This document shows positions 30,041 through 41,105 of a DNA stretch of 64,000 bases, piece by piece. Each line of letters opens with the position of its first letter. The first letter of the stretch is position 1. The notes below the pieces were generated by a model that was not told the origin of the DNA, made no database searches, and saw only the letters and a program-made list of their open reading frames with translations. The stretch is from Bacteroidales bacterium. Its GTDB lineage: Bacteria > Bacteroidota > Bacteroidia > Bacteroidales > GCA-2748055. The position numbers were made by a program, and so were the translations under genes. The stretch covers positions 144,050-208,049 of the forward strand of contig JARGFP010000001.1 of assembly GCA_029210585.1 (NCBI GenBank), in the 5' to 3' direction.

Positions 30041-30982
30041 GTGAAACGAATATTGGTAACCGGGGGAGCCGGTTTCATCGGGTCCCATCTTTGTGAAAGA
30101 TTGCTTGGCGATGGACATGATGTGATCTGCCTTGACAATTATTTTACAGGCAGCAAGAAAAATATCGTTCACCTGCTCGATCACCCCTATTTTGAGCTGG
30201 TCAGGCACGATGTAACGCAGTCTTTCTATGCCGAAGTAGACGAGATTTACAACCTGGCCTGCCCCGCATCCCCGATTCACTACCAGTACAACCCCATCAA
30301 GACCGTCAAGACCTCCGTTATGGGTGCGATCAATATGCTCGGCCTCGCCAAGCGGGTCAGGGCAAAAATACTGCAGGCCTCCACCAGCGAGGTATACGGC
30401 GACCCTTCGGTACATCCCCAACCGGAATCCTACTGGGGCAATGTGAACCCCGTGGGAAAAAGATCGTGTTATGACGAAGGCAAACGGTGTGCCGAGACCC
30501 TGTTCATGGATTACCACATCCAGAACAAGGTAAAGATCAAGATCGTCCGCATTTTCAATACCTATGGTCCGAACATGCATCCCAACGACGGGCGCGTGGT
30601 GTCCAACTTCATCATGCAGGCACTGCGAAACGAGGACATTACCGTTTACGGGGATGGTTCACAAACCAGGAGCTTCCAGTACGTCGACGACCTGGTGGAT
30701 GCACTGATCAGGATGATGGCAACGCCCGACAAGGTCACAGGGCCGGTGAATATCGGCAACCCGAAAGAATTCACCATCCTTGAACTGGCTGAAAAGATCA
30801 TTGCGCTGACCGGATCGGGGTCGAAGATCATTTACCAGACCCTGCCTGAAGACGACCCGGTACAGCGGAAACCCGACATCACCATTGCCCGGAATCTGCT
30901 GGACGGGTGGACACCGGGTATCCCACTCGGGGAGGGACTGGAACGAACCATTGCATATTTCAAAAATCAATTGTCAGAATAA
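30041..30982 (+). CDS. UDP-glucuronate decarboxylase (UDP-xylose synthase)
   Basis: SDR '[12 protein letters not shown]', '[12 protein letters not shown]', '[10 protein letters not shown]' and 'YDEGKR'. Confidence 0.9.
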   Translation: MKRILVTGGAGFIGSHLCERLLGDGHDVICLDNYFTGSKKNIVHLLDHPYFELVRHDVTQSFYAEVDEIYNLACPASPIHYQYNPIKTVKTSVMGAINMLGLAKRVRAKILQASTSEVYGDPSVHPQPESYWGNVNPVGKRSCYDEGKRCAETLFMDYHIQNKVKIKIVRIFNTYGPNMHPNDGRVVSNFIMQALRNEDITVYGDGSQTRSFQYVDDLVDALIRMMATPDKVTGPVNIGNPKEFTILELAEKIIALTGSGSKIIYQTLPEDDPVQRKPDITIARNLLDGWTPGIPLGEGLERTIAYFKNQLSE

Positions 30983-31001
30983 ATCAAAAGCAAAAAAACA
31001 G

Positions 31002-31892
31002 ATGAAAGGAATTATCCTCGCCGGCGGATCCGGCACCAGGCTGTACCCCATCACCAAGAGCATATCAAAACAGATCATCCCGGTCTATGACAAACCGATG
31101 ATCTATTATCCCCTATCCGTACTGATGCTTGCAGGCATCAGGGAGATCCTGATCATCTCCACGCCAGACGACCTGCACCTGTACCAGCAGTTGCTCGGCG
31201 ATGGCAACCACCTGGGCATTGCTCTGGAATATGCCATGCAGCCTTCGCCCGACGGACTGGCGCAGGCCTTTATCATCGGGGAGGATTTCATTGGCGACGA
31301 CAGTGTCTGCCTGATCCTGGGAGACAATATCTTTTACGGACATGGTTTTGAACGGACACTCTCCGCCTCCGCTTCCCTGGAAGACGGGGCCATGGTGTTC
31401 GGATACTATGTGACAGATCCGGACCGGTATGGCGTGGTGGAATTTGACCAGGCAGGAAAGGTCATCAGCCTGGAGGAGAAACCGAAAAAACCAAAATCCA
31501 ACTACGCGGTAACAGGGCTTTATTTCTACGGCAACGACGTGGTGGGCAAGGCCAAAACGCTGAAGCCCTCCGCGCGCGGAGAATACGAGATCACCGACCT
31601 GAACAGGCTCTACCTGGAAGAAGAAAGGCTGCAGGTAAAGATCATGGGACGCGGAATGGCCTGGCTGGACACAGGCACACCGGAGAGCCTGTTGCAGGCT
31701 TCCAGCTATATTTACACCGTGGAAAAGCGGCAGGGCCTGAAGATCTCGTGTATCGAGGAGATCGCCTACAAGAAAAAATTTATTGATAAGAAACAATTGC
31801 TGAAGCTGGCCGAAGGCCTCAGGAAAAGTGTATACGGAAACTACCTGTTCAGCATTGCGAACGAAAAAATATTCACTTTTGGTGCAAAATAG
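31002..31892 (+). CDS. rfbA: Glucose-1-phosphate thymidylyltransferase
   Basis: '[18 protein letters not shown]...[16 protein letters not shown]'. The start is set at the ATG at 31002; the ORF-track start at 30885 overlaps the preceding gene. Confidence 0.95.
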   Translation: MKGIILAGGSGTRLYPITKSISKQIIPVYDKPMIYYPLSVLMLAGIREILIISTPDDLHLYQQLLGDGNHLGIALEYAMQPSPDGLAQAFIIGEDFIGDDSVCLILGDNIFYGHGFERTLSASASLEDGAMVFGYYVTDPDRYGVVEFDQAGKVISLEEKPKKPKSNYAVTGLYFYGNDVVGKAKTLKPSARGEYEITDLNRLYLEEERLQVKIMGRGMAWLDTGTPESLLQASSYIYTVEKRQGLKISCIEEIAYKKKFIDKKQLLKLAEGLRKSVYGNYLFSIANEKIFTFGAK

Positions 31893-31894
31893 AT

Positions 31895-32437
31895 ATGGAG
31901 GTACAGAAAACGGAGATTGAAGGATTGCTGGTGATCAGGCCGAGGGTTTTCGAAGACAGCCGCGGCTATTTCTTCGAGAGCTACAATGAACAGCTTTTCA
32001 GGGAGGCAGGTGTGGATACCCACTTCGTGCAGGACAACCAGTCGAGGTCATCCTACGGGGTGATCCGTGGCCTGCACATGCAGAAGGAACCTCATGTTCA
32101 GGCCAAGCTGCTGCGGGTGCTTGAGGGGGCTATATTTGATGTGGCCGTTGACCTCAGGAAGGGATCGGCCACCTACGGAAAATGGTATGGACTGGAGATC
32201 ACTTCGGCCAACCACATGCAACTTTTAATCCCGGCCGGATTCTGCCACGGATTTTCGGTACTGAGCGAAAAAGCAACCGTGCTGTATAAATGTGATGCAT
32301 TTTACCACCCGGGATCCGAGGCCGGCATCAGGTACAACGATCCGGAACTGGCGATTGACTGGAGGATTCCGGCCGCCAACGTATCGGTGTCGGAAAAAGA
32401 CAGCAAACTGCCTTATCTGAAAGACTTTAACCATTGA
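31895..32437 (+). CDS. rfbC: dTDP-4-dehydrorhamnose 3,5-epimerase
   Basis: 'F.D.RGYFFESYN', 'QDNQSRSSYGVIRGLH' and 'GFCHGF'. Confidence 0.95.
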   Translation: MEVQKTEIEGLLVIRPRVFEDSRGYFFESYNEQLFREAGVDTHFVQDNQSRSSYGVIRGLHMQKEPHVQAKLLRVLEGAIFDVAVDLRKGSATYGKWYGLEITSANHMQLLIPAGFCHGFSVLSEKATVLYKCDAFYHPGSEAGIRYNDPELAIDWRIPAANVSVSEKDSKLPYLKDFNH

Positions 32438-32441
32438 TCCT

Positions 32442-33302
32442 ATGGCACAACAGATTCTTGTTACAGGCGGCAACGGACAGCTGGGTTCTGAACTCAGGGA
32501 ACTCAGCGCACTGACGGGTGATGTTTTTACATTCGTTGATATCGACACCATCGACCTCACCGACAGGGCCAGGGCACTGGCATTCCTGGAAGAGCGGTCC
32601 CCGGACTGGATCATTAACTGTGCAGCCTATACTGCAGTTGACAGGGCCGAAGAAGAACCCGGTATCGCGGAAAAAGTGAATGCCGGGATTCCGGCCATGC
32701 TTGCTGAATATGGGAACAAAAGCGGCTGCAGGGTGATTCATATCTCCACTGATTATGTGTTTCCGGGCGACGTTGCCCGTCCGCTGACGGAAGAAGACCC
32801 TCCTGCCCCCCTCAGTGCCTATGGAACTTCGAAACGAAACGGTGAAACAGCAATGCTTTCGTACAAAAACGGAATGGTGATCCGCACTTCCTGGCTCTAT
32901 TCCACCTATGGAAATAATTTCGTGAAGTCGATGATGCGCATGATGGATGAACGGGATGAACTACGGGTGGTATACGACCAGGTTGGTACCCCCACCTACG
33001 GGACAGACCTGGCCGGGGTGATTCTAAGGATCATTGAACCCGGTGCCGGTACCTATCTCCCGGGTATTTACCATTACTCCAACGAAGGCATTGCCTCATG
33101 GTATGATTTTGCACACGAGATCAGGGAGATCACGCAGGCCAGTTGCCGGATCATCCCCATTGAAACAGAGGAATATCCCCTGCCCGCCCGCAGACCCGCA
33201 TTTGCAGTGCTGAGCAAGAAAAAGATCAGGCAGCAGTATATGCTGCAGATCCCGCACTGGAAATCAGGACTGCAACGGTGTATTGAAAAGATGAAGCGAT
33301 AA
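32442..33302 (+). CDS. rfbD: dTDP-4-dehydrorhamnose reductase
   Basis: 'ILVTGGNGQLG', 'INCAAYTAVDRAEEE', 'STDYVF' and 'YGTSK'. Confidence 0.9.
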   Translation: MAQQILVTGGNGQLGSELRELSALTGDVFTFVDIDTIDLTDRARALAFLEERSPDWIINCAAYTAVDRAEEEPGIAEKVNAGIPAMLAEYGNKSGCRVIHISTDYVFPGDVARPLTEEDPPAPLSAYGTSKRNGETAMLSYKNGMVIRTSWLYSTYGNNFVKSMMRMMDERDELRVVYDQVGTPTYGTDLAGVILRIIEPGAGTYLPGIYHYSNEGIASWYDFAHEIREITQASCRIIPIETEEYPLPARRPAFAVLSKKKIRQQYMLQIPHWKSGLQRCIEKMKR

Positions 33303-33322
33303 ACAACTGAATTGTAATTGTT

Positions 33323-35068
33323 ATGGAAAAGAAAGAACTACTTGCACAGGTAAAGGAAAAAGCACAGCAATGGCTGAACAGCAATATCGATGACACGACA
33401 AGGAAGCAAATCGAACACATGCTGGAGCATGATGAAAAGGAACTGATCGAAAGTTTTTACCGCGTACTTGAATTCGGAACCGGCGGATTACGCGGCATTA
33501 TGGGAGTGGGAACCAACCGGATGAACATCTATACCGTTGGCATGGCCACACAGGGATTGTGCAATTACCTGCTCAGGGAATTCAGCGACAGGAAGGAAAT
33601 CAGCGTCGTGATCGCACACGACTGTCGCAACAACAGTCCCCTGTTCGCACGCACCACCGCCGATGTCTGTTCAGCAAACGGAATCAAAGCCTACCTGTTC
33701 GACGGGCTCCGGCCCACGCCCGAGCTGAGTTTCGCGATCCGCGAGCTGAACTGCCAGGCCGGGGTGATGGTCACCGCCTCTCACAACCCAAAAGAATACA
33801 ACGGTTACAAGGCCTATTGGGAAGACGGCGGACAAATCATCAGCCCCCATGACGTGAATATCGTGGAAGAGGTAAAAAATATCTCTTCCATTGATGATGT
33901 GAAATTCGAGGGTGACACTTCACTGATTCAGACGGTCGGCAAGGAAGTGGATGAAAAATTCCTCGCTACTTCCGTATCCAAGGCACTGAACGTTGACCTG
34001 ATCGAAAAACATTCCGATATCAGGATCGTGTACACACCGATCCACGGGACAGGGGTGTACATGGTGCCTGAAGCAATGCGCAGGCTGGGATTCAAAAACA
34101 TCTACAATGTACCCGAACAGGACGTGGTGAGTGGTGATTTCCCCACGGTGGTATCACCGAATCCCGAGGAGTCTGCCGCACTTGACCTGGCCCTGAAGAA
34201 AGCCGACGAGGTGCAGGCCGACATGGTCATGGCCACGGATCCGGATGCAGACAGGGTCGGGATTGCAGTGAGGGACAACCTTGGCAAGCTGATCCTTGTG
34301 AACGGCAACCAGATGTCGGTGCTGCTCACCTACTACCTGCTATCGCAATGGAGTGCAAAGGGACTGCTGCAGGGGAAGGAGTTCATGGCCAAGACCATTG
34401 TGACGACCGAACTTGTTGCCGATATATACAAGAACTACGACATACAGTACTTTGATGTGCTGACAGGGTTCAAGTTCATTGCCGACATGATCCATAAATA
34501 CGAGGATGAGTTGACCTTCATTGGCGGTGGAGAAGAGAGTTACGGGTTTATGATCGGTGATTTTGTACGCGACAAGGATGCTGTGACCACCTGTTCCATG
34601 ATTGCCGAGATCGCTGCCTGGGCACGCGAACAGGGAAAAAGCCTGTTTGACCTGCTGCTGGATATCTACCAGGAATATGCCTTTTACAGGGAATCGCTGG
34701 TATCGGTATACAGGCATGGCAAGGAAGGTGCTGAGGAGATTGCAGCAATGATGGAAAATTTCAGGTCTTCCCCACCTGCTGAGATCGACGGTTCCAAAGT
34801 GGTGATGATCAAGGATTTTCTACTACAAAAAACCTTCGACAAAATGAGTGGTAAAGAGGAACCCACCGGCCTGCCCAAATCCAATGTACTGCAGTTCCTC
34901 ACGGAAAACGGCACCAAGGTAAGCGTGCGACCTTCGGGAACCGAGCCGAAGATCAAATTCTATTTCAGTGTGCGGGGTGCGCTGAATTCACGGGAAGAAT
35001 ACGAAAAAGTGAATGCTGCACTCGGCGATCGGATCGAAGCAATCAAGGAAGAACTAAAACTCAATTAG
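33323..35068 (+). CDS. Phospho-sugar mutase (phosphoglucomutase/phosphomannomutase family)
   Basis: Active-site loop '[13 protein letters not shown]', Mg loop 'ATDPDADR', 'GGEESYG', 581 aa. Confidence 0.9.
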   Translation: MEKKELLAQVKEKAQQWLNSNIDDTTRKQIEHMLEHDEKELIESFYRVLEFGTGGLRGIMGVGTNRMNIYTVGMATQGLCNYLLREFSDRKEISVVIAHDCRNNSPLFARTTADVCSANGIKAYLFDGLRPTPELSFAIRELNCQAGVMVTASHNPKEYNGYKAYWEDGGQIISPHDVNIVEEVKNISSIDDVKFEGDTSLIQTVGKEVDEKFLATSVSKALNVDLIEKHSDIRIVYTPIHGTGVYMVPEAMRRLGFKNIYNVPEQDVVSGDFPTVVSPNPEESAALDLALKKADEVQADMVMATDPDADRVGIAVRDNLGKLILVNGNQMSVLLTYYLLSQWSAKGLLQGKEFMAKTIVTTELVADIYKNYDIQYFDVLTGFKFIADMIHKYEDELTFIGGGEESYGFMIGDFVRDKDAVTTCSMIAEIAAWAREQGKSLFDLLLDIYQEYAFYRESLVSVYRHGKEGAEEIAAMMENFRSSPPAEIDGSKVVMIKDFLLQKTFDKMSGKEEPTGLPKSNVLQFLTENGTKVSVRPSGTEPKIKFYFSVRGALNSREEYEKVNAALGDRIEAIKEELKLN

Positions 35069-35070
35069 AA

Positions 35071-35487
35071 ATGAAATCTTATCACAAGGAATTATGGTTT
35101 GAGATCAACCGCAGGCGGGAACTGATCAATATCACACCTGCAGTGAACGAAGCACTGGCAGAGAGTGGAATTAAGGAAGGCCTCTGCCTGGTGAATGCCA
35201 TGCACATTTCAGCCTCGGTCTTCATCAATGATGATGAACCGGGCCTGCACAACGACTTTGAAAAATGGCTGGAAAAACTGGCCCCGGAAAAGCCGTACGA
35301 TCATTACCAGCACAATGGCTACGAGGACAATGCCGATGCACACCTGAAGCGCACGATCATGGGTCGTGAGGTAGTGGTGGCAGTGACCGAAGGCAAGTTG
35401 CATTTCGGTCCGTGGGAACAGGTCTTCTACGGCGAATTTGACGGGAAACGCAGGAAAAGGGTGCTGGTAAAGATCATCGGAGAATAG
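35071..35487 (+). CDS. yjbQ: YjbQ/UPF0047 family (secondary thiamine-phosphate synthase) protein
   Basis: 138 aa with '[16 protein letters not shown]' and 'DNADAHLK', typical of UPF0047. Confidence 0.85.
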   Translation: MKSYHKELWFEINRRRELINITPAVNEALAESGIKEGLCLVNAMHISASVFINDDEPGLHNDFEKWLEKLAPEKPYDHYQHNGYEDNADAHLKRTIMGREVVVAVTEGKLHFGPWEQVFYGEFDGKRRKRVLVKIIGE

Positions 35488-35499
35488 GGCCTCGGAAAA

Positions 35500-36912
35500 T
35501 CACTCAAAAAAACGGTCCGGAAAATTCACCAGGTACATTTTTTCCGTAGCCCTTGTAAACGCGGTATACAGCCAGCGGAGGTAATCCAGTGTGATCATAT
35601 CATCGGTAAAATATCCCAGGTCGAGAAAGACCGATTTCCACTGTCCGCCCTGGGCCTTATGACAGGTGACCGAGTAGGCAAACTTCACCTGGAGAGCATT
35701 GAAATAGCGGTCCTGCTGCATATGCTCCATCCGCTTCTTCTTGCTGGTCAGGTCGGGGTAATCTTCAAGAATCGTATTGTACAGTTCCCGCTGGATATCG
35801 ACCGGGAGGGACGGGCCTTCCACTTCCAGCACATCCAGCAGGATCTTCGCTTCAATCACCACGTCGTTGTAATCAATGAGTGTCATCTCCACATCGGCAT
35901 ACTTCATCCCGTAGATTTCCTCGAATCCGATCACCCGTTCAATTCTGCCAATGTCGCCGTTGGCGATAAAATCAATCCGCTGTTCCTCGTCCTTCCAGAA
36001 ATAGTTGTTCTTCACAACCATCAGCAGGTCGCCCCTGCTGATCTTTTCTTCCCTCCAGAGGATCTGTCCGCGCACCCCGGCATTGAACCTGTTGGCACGT
36101 TTGTTCGACCTGGTCACGATGATTGTATCCTCATCCCCGTATTTATCATAGCTGTTGCTGATGGCTTCCAGCAAATCGGCACCCCCGATGCGCTGAACAT
36201 CAGCATAACCATTGAGGCTGAGCCCGGGAATGGAAATGTTCTCAGTGGTGATATGGTCCCTGATAGCCGTTGCGTTCACCAGGATTCCGGAATCCTGCTG
36301 GTGCCGCACAATATCTGTGAGTGTATAATCCCGTACCGTGTATCCGAATGACTGCAGCACTTTTTTGTCCAGTGCAGGACTCACTTCAAGCCGAACCGGG
36401 GGCAACTGTGCCGTGTCGCCGATAAGAATGAGCCTGCACTGCACACCTCCTTCCACATACTGAAGGAGATCGGAAAGCAGGTTGCCGGTACCGAAAATGG
36501 ATTCTGAGGCCGACTGCCCGATCATGGAAGCTTCGTCAATAATAAAATAGGTGTTTTTGTGCATGTTCCTGTCGAGCACAAAACTTCCCAGTCCGTCGCT
36601 ACCCGATTTCTGCCGGTAAATTTTCTTGTGAATGGTCCATGCAGTATGACCCGTATAGGCAAACATCACCTTTGCTGCGCGTCCTGTGGGTGCCAGCAGC
36701 ACCGACCTGGCCCCCGTCTCTTTCAGTGTACGGACAATAGAATTTACGATCGTGGTCTTTCCCGTGCCCGCGTACCCCCTGATCAGCATGATCTCCTGCT
36801 GATTTCCAGTGGTGATGAATTCACTGATCTCACCTATTAATTCCTCCTGACTTTCAGTTGGCTGAAAATCAAGATTATCAAGCAATTTCGTTGAGACGAA
36901 TTTTTTGAGCAT
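35500..36912 (-). CDS. RecD/Pif1-like SF1 DNA helicase
   Basis: Walker A 'GYAGTGKTT', 'FIIDEASM', 'LILIGDTAQLPPV' and C-terminal 'AYSVTCHKAQGGQW'. Confidence 0.85.
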   Translation of the reverse strand: MLKKFVSTKLLDNLDFQPTESQEELIGEISEFITTGNQQEIMLIRGYAGTGKTTIVNSIVRTLKETGARSVLLAPTGRAAKVMFAYTGHTAWTIHKKIYRQKSGSDGLGSFVLDRNMHKNTYFIIDEASMIGQSASESIFGTGNLLSDLLQYVEGGVQCRLILIGDTAQLPPVRLEVSPALDKKVLQSFGYTVRDYTLTDIVRHQQDSGILVNATAIRDHITTENISIPGLSLNGYADVQRIGGADLLEAISNSYDKYGDEDTIIVTRSNKRANRFNAGVRGQILWREEKISRGDLLMVVKNNYFWKDEEQRIDFIANGDIGRIERVIGFEEIYGMKYADVEMTLIDYNDVVIEAKILLDVLEVEGPSLPVDIQRELYNTILEDYPDLTSKKKRMEHMQQDRYFNALQVKFAYSVTCHKAQGGQWKSVFLDLGYFTDDMITLDYLRWLYTAFTRATEKMYLVNFPDRFFE

Positions 36913-36993
36913 AGGTTTTAAGAAAAGGCTAAATTAAAATTTATAATTTATTTTTTTTGTTAAATTTGTGCGCAAACAATTAATGTAATTCCC

Positions 36994-37629
36994 ATGAAAA
37001 AAATAATTCAGCCAATATTGATCATCGCAATCTTCGTATTAGGCTACCTGATTGTTGAAAGTATCATGCGCCCAATTCGCTTTAAGCGACAGGCTGCAGA
37101 GCGTGAAAGGGCTGTTATAACTAAGCTGGAAGACATCCGTGAAGCACAAAAAGCGTATAAGGATGTTTATAAAAGATATACCGGGAGTTTTGATACCCTG
37201 GAAATGTTCCTGAGAAATGATTCCTTCACCGTTACCAAAGCAATCGGTCAGATACCTGAAGAATGGCTGGAAGAACTCGGACTCGAAGAGGCCAGGCAAA
37301 AAGCCATCGAGGAAGGGGTGATTGTAAGGGAAACTACAAAACGGCAGGTGCTCGATTCATTATTCGGGAAAGCCTACCCGGTTGATTCCATGAAATACGT
37401 TCCATATACAAACCAGATAGAGTTTGACATTGAATCCAGTGAAGTGCTTACTTCATCCAACCTGATGGTACAGGTGGTAGAAGTAAAGGCCTATTATGAG
37501 GATCTGCTGAAGGGATTGAATGAACAACTGGCGATAAACTATATTGATCAAAAGGAAACAATGACGGGTTTCCCGGGAATTAAGTTTGGTTCGCTTGAAG
37601 AAGGTACCCTGTCAGGTAACTGGGAATAG
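36994..37629 (+). CDS. Hypothetical membrane-anchored protein
   Basis: Single N-terminal TM (IIQPILIIAIFVLGYLIV) followed by a soluble domain. No family recognised. Confidence 0.6.
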   Translation: MKKIIQPILIIAIFVLGYLIVESIMRPIRFKRQAAERERAVITKLEDIREAQKAYKDVYKRYTGSFDTLEMFLRNDSFTVTKAIGQIPEEWLEELGLEEARQKAIEEGVIVRETTKRQVLDSLFGKAYPVDSMKYVPYTNQIEFDIESSEVLTSSNLMVQVVEVKAYYEDLLKGLNEQLAINYIDQKETMTGFPGIKFGSLEEGTLSGNWE

Positions 37630-37650
37630 CGGGTCAAACGTCTATTTCTA

Positions 37651-38481
37651 ATGCAGATACATAGTATCATATCCAATACTATATCAGAAGAAATTCTTGC
37701 AACAGGACACTTATCCATCCGTTTTATGGCGGATGGATTTTCTTTGCTCCTTGAAGACAGGAATTTCGTGCCTGTTGTTTTGATCCGGGCCACAGGGGAA
37801 TCTCCGATGACCCGAAAAAGTCATTTGCAGGCCTGTGAGGACTGGCTGCACAGACAGACGCTCCTGGAAAATTTCCTTGGTGAGATTACCCTGGTAATTG
37901 ATGCCCTCCCCACCACACTTGTTCCCGAAGCGCTGTTCTCAGAAAACGATAAGTTATTGTACCTGGAGCCGGTCACACGTCTGCATGCAGGTGAAAAGGT
38001 TGAATTCACGGCCATCCGGAACAGTCCATTCCTTCTGGTTTATGCGGTGCCGGTCGATTACCTGTTGCTGGCTGAAAAGCTGGCCGGAAGTGTACGTATC
38101 AAATCCTCACTGGAGGTGCTCTTTTCCTTATCTGACCAGGTGAATGCCGCTGATCATCAGCGTGGGTTTGCACTCGTGGAGGGACAACCCGGATATATGG
38201 GGATACTGATGATCAGGAACGACGAGTTGATGATCGCCAACAACCAGCAGCTTGGAAAAACGGGTGAACTGGTATACCATACCCTGAACACCATCCAGCA
38301 GGTGGAATTCGACCGCGTCAACAGGCCGCTTTACCATGCAGGGGTCACCGGTGATGAGGAACTGGGGATGCTGCGAAAGTATGTGCGTCATTTACAACCT
38401 CTTCCCTACCATATCAGCGAGATTGACAAGTCTGCGATCAGTGAACATGTTTTACTTGCAGAAGCAACACGGTGCGCATAA
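37651..38481 (+). CDS. Hypothetical protein (possibly DUF3822 family)
   Basis: 276-aa ORF overlapping the rsmD start by 10 nt. The size and the position upstream of rsmD recall DUF3822; this is from memory and not verified. Confidence 0.6.
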   Translation: MQIHSIISNTISEEILATGHLSIRFMADGFSLLLEDRNFVPVVLIRATGESPMTRKSHLQACEDWLHRQTLLENFLGEITLVIDALPTTLVPEALFSENDKLLYLEPVTRLHAGEKVEFTAIRNSPFLLVYAVPVDYLLLAEKLAGSVRIKSSLEVLFSLSDQVNAADHQRGFALVEGQPGYMGILMIRNDELMIANNQQLGKTGELVYHTLNTIQQVEFDRVNRPLYHAGVTGDEELGMLRKYVRHLQPLPYHISEIDKSAISEHVLLAEATRCA

Positions 38482-39008
38482 TCAGCGGGAAATATAAAAG
38501 CAAACAGATCCATCCGCCTGCAAACTTCAAAGCAAGGCCCACTACCGATTTTGCCAAAGAGGCGCTTTTCAACATCCTCGAAAACAATTTCGACATAGAA
38601 GAATTATCTGTCCTCGACCTGTTTGCAGGTACCGGGAGCATAACCTATGAATTTGCCTCCAGGGGTGCCCGCAGAATTTCCACGGTGGAAATAAATTCCA
38701 CCCATTTCCGGTTCATTCAGCAAACGGTCCGGCAACTTGACTTCGTGCAGGTTAACGCGGTGCGCTCTGATGCATATAAAGTGATCAGGAATCCCTGGGA
38801 GGCATATGACCTGGTATTTGCAGATCCCCCATTTGATCTGCCGGACCTTGAAAAGCTTCCCGAACTGGCACTGGGCAGTGCACTGATGGAACCGGGCAGC
38901 TGGTTCGTACTGGAACATCCTTCCAGGATGCGGTTCAACCATGTCACGGGCATCTTCGACCACAGGAACTACGGCAATGTGAATTTCAGTTTTTTTAAGA
39001 AGGGCTGA
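38472..39008 (+). CDS. rsmD: 16S rRNA (guanine966-N2)-methyltransferase
   Basis: 'RIISGKYK...RPTTDFAKEALFNIL', 'DLFAGTGS' and 'ADPPF'. Confidence 0.9.
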   Translation: MRIISGKYKSKQIHPPANFKARPTTDFAKEALFNILENNFDIEELSVLDLFAGTGSITYEFASRGARRISTVEINSTHFRFIQQTVRQLDFVQVNAVRSDAYKVIRNPWEAYDLVFADPPFDLPDLEKLPELALGSALMEPGSWFVLEHPSRMRFNHVTGIFDHRNYGNVNFSFFKKG

Positions 39009-39053
39009 ACAGGGCCGGGACTTTACCCGGGTTTGAGCCATGATGGCATTAAC

Positions 39054-40916
39054 TTAGCCAATGGGCAAAATGAACGATTCGAGTGGTTCCAGTGTCAGCT
39101 GCACGCTGGCCCCCGAGTCGCTGACCTGCATTTCGAATTGCTTGGTACTTCCCATTATGTCGCTTAGCTGGTATTTTCCATATTTCAATCCGAGCTGAGT
39201 GATGATTTCCCGGGGTATTTTGAGTTCGAATCCGGCCCGTTGCCGGTCGTCAAAATTCACTACCACCAACAGCTTTTCCGCTTCGTTCCAGCGCAGGAAG
39301 GAAAACTGCTTATTGCCATAACCGTCACTGTGCTCCCTGTTGTATGCATGCAGACCGGTATAATTGCCCATGAGCGCATCGCTGTTGATGGTAACATTCA
39401 GCAGGGTTGCATAGAACTCCCTGAGCGCTTTTTCTGATGCAGTCAGCGCTCCGCCATCAAATGCTCCCCCGTTCATCCACCGCTGGTGTGCCGGCACCCC
39501 CCAGTAATCGAAGATGGTGGTCCTGCCGGTTTTACCGAACCCGGCATCACCTTCGCCTTTCTCTCCCACCTCCTGGCCGAAATAGACCATCGCAGGTGAA
39601 CTGCTCACGGTGGCAGATACCACCATGGCGGGCCTGGCTTTTTCCGGGTCGCCGGCAAATTCCGGACTGGCGATGCGATGCTCATCATGGTTTTCCAGGA
39701 AATGGAGCATGTGGTGTTGTATATCTTCCAGTCCGCTGATGATTCCGGGAAGGTGATCGGTGCTTCCGTGTCCCTGGATGATGTTCTTCAGGGTATCGTA
39801 CATCTCCACCTTGTCGTAGAGGTAATCCATCTTCCCGAGGTGAATATAATCGCGGTACATCTCCGGAACATAGATCTCGGAAAGCAGGAAGGCATCCCGT
39901 TTTTTCATCTTAATGGAGGAGTTCAGGTAGCTCCAGAATTCAACGGGCACCATCTGCGCCATGTCGTACCTGAACCCGTCGACCTCCTTTTCGAGCCAGT
40001 AATGGGCAATCTGCTTAAATTTCTTCCAGGAATCCGGAACTTCCTGGTTTTTCCAGAATGCTGCATGGTCTTCGTACGGCCTGTTTTCATAGCCCTCCGG
40101 CAGGGACGGGAATTCCTTTTCACCGTTGGGCGTTACCCCAAAATTGATCTTCACTGTTTCGTACCAGTCGTGCAGTTCGGGCTTCGGTTGCCTGGACCCG
40201 TTCCCGGTCCATTTTGCCGGGTATTCATCAAACTTGCCGTCGCGCAACGGGTGCGGCTCCCCTCCCAGGGGCAGGAATCCTTGCTCGAAGTCGGGCACCT
40301 CGAACCGTTCTCCCGGGATATAATAGAAATTATTGTCGCGGTGATACACTACGGTAGTGTCGTCGCCTGCTCCGAAATTTTCGACACCGGCCGGATTGGT
40401 AATGGAATGGTAGTTCCTGGCCACGTGGTTGGGGACAATGTCGATGATTACTTTCAGTCCTGCATTGTGTGTGCGATCGATCAGTGCCTCAAATTCTTCC
40501 AACCGTTGCGCAGGATCCACGGCAAGGTCGGGATTCACGTTGTAGTAATCCCTGATGGCATAGGGAGAGCCTGCCCTGCCCTTGACCACATCGGGATCGT
40601 CCTGTGAAATACCATATGCGGTATAATCCCTGATCACAGCATGGTGCAGTACACCGGTGTACCAGACATGCGTCACGCCCATTTCCCGGATCTCTCTGAG
40701 GGCCTTGTCGGTGATATTATTGAATTTTCCCACCCCATTCTCTTCGATGGTACCCCAGGGTGTGTTGGTAGTGTTCGTGTTTCCGAACAGTCGTGGCAGG
40801 AGCTGGTAAATGACGACCTTTGTATCTTGTTCTTTCATCTCTTCATGGGTTCTGCATTGCGGTAAAATTGCGGCACAGACCAGGCTGATAATGGTGATGT
40901 ACACTGCTTTTTTCAT
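39054..40916 (-). CDS. GH13 alpha-amylase-family glycoside hydrolase (secreted)
   Basis: Signal peptide plus GH13 regions 'DIVPNHV', 'DGFRYDMAQMV' and 'FLENHDE'. Confidence 0.9.
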   Translation of the reverse strand: MKKAVYITIISLVCAAILPQCRTHEEMKEQDTKVVIYQLLPRLFGNTNTTNTPWGTIEENGVGKFNNITDKALREIREMGVTHVWYTGVLHHAVIRDYTAYGISQDDPDVVKGRAGSPYAIRDYYNVNPDLAVDPAQRLEEFEALIDRTHNAGLKVIIDIVPNHVARNYHSITNPAGVENFGAGDDTTVVYHRDNNFYYIPGERFEVPDFEQGFLPLGGEPHPLRDGKFDEYPAKWTGNGSRQPKPELHDWYETVKINFGVTPNGEKEFPSLPEGYENRPYEDHAAFWKNQEVPDSWKKFKQIAHYWLEKEVDGFRYDMAQMVPVEFWSYLNSSIKMKKRDAFLLSEIYVPEMYRDYIHLGKMDYLYDKVEMYDTLKNIIQGHGSTDHLPGIISGLEDIQHHMLHFLENHDEHRIASPEFAGDPEKARPAMVVSATVSSSPAMVYFGQEVGEKGEGDAGFGKTGRTTIFDYWGVPAHQRWMNGGAFDGGALTASEKALREFYATLLNVTINSDALMGNYTGLHAYNREHSDGYGNKQFSFLRWNEAEKLLVVVNFDDRQRAGFELKIPREIITQLGLKYGKYQLSDIMGSTKQFEMQVSDSGASVQLTLEPLESFILPIG

Positions 40917-41105
40917 GTGATAAAAATAGGGAAATTATTGATTATAAAATGTTTCTGAATGCCGTAAGTTTCGAGCACGGATTCGTGGAAATTGCATGTC
41001 GCAGCCTGTTGTTTTGCCAGCTGATTTCCTTCTCCTTTTTCAAGGATATGCTGAAATTCGAAAGGCAATTTGGATAATATTAGATACATTCCTTACATAT
41101 CGATC

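Noticed and set aside
35659-36351. 230-aa ORF antisense to the RecD-like helicase. Similar antisense ORFs lie at 31113-31796, 30026-30580, 29493-29996, 41904-42539, 62382-62930 and 6389-6982
   Set aside because: All are embedded antisense in genes with strong family signatures. They are shadow ORFs.
39678-40607. 309-aa ORF on the plus strand
   Set aside because: It lies entirely antisense to the well-supported GH13 gene. Its composition is Pro/Arg/Val/His-rich with no recognisable motifs, a typical shadow ORF of GC-richer coding DNA.
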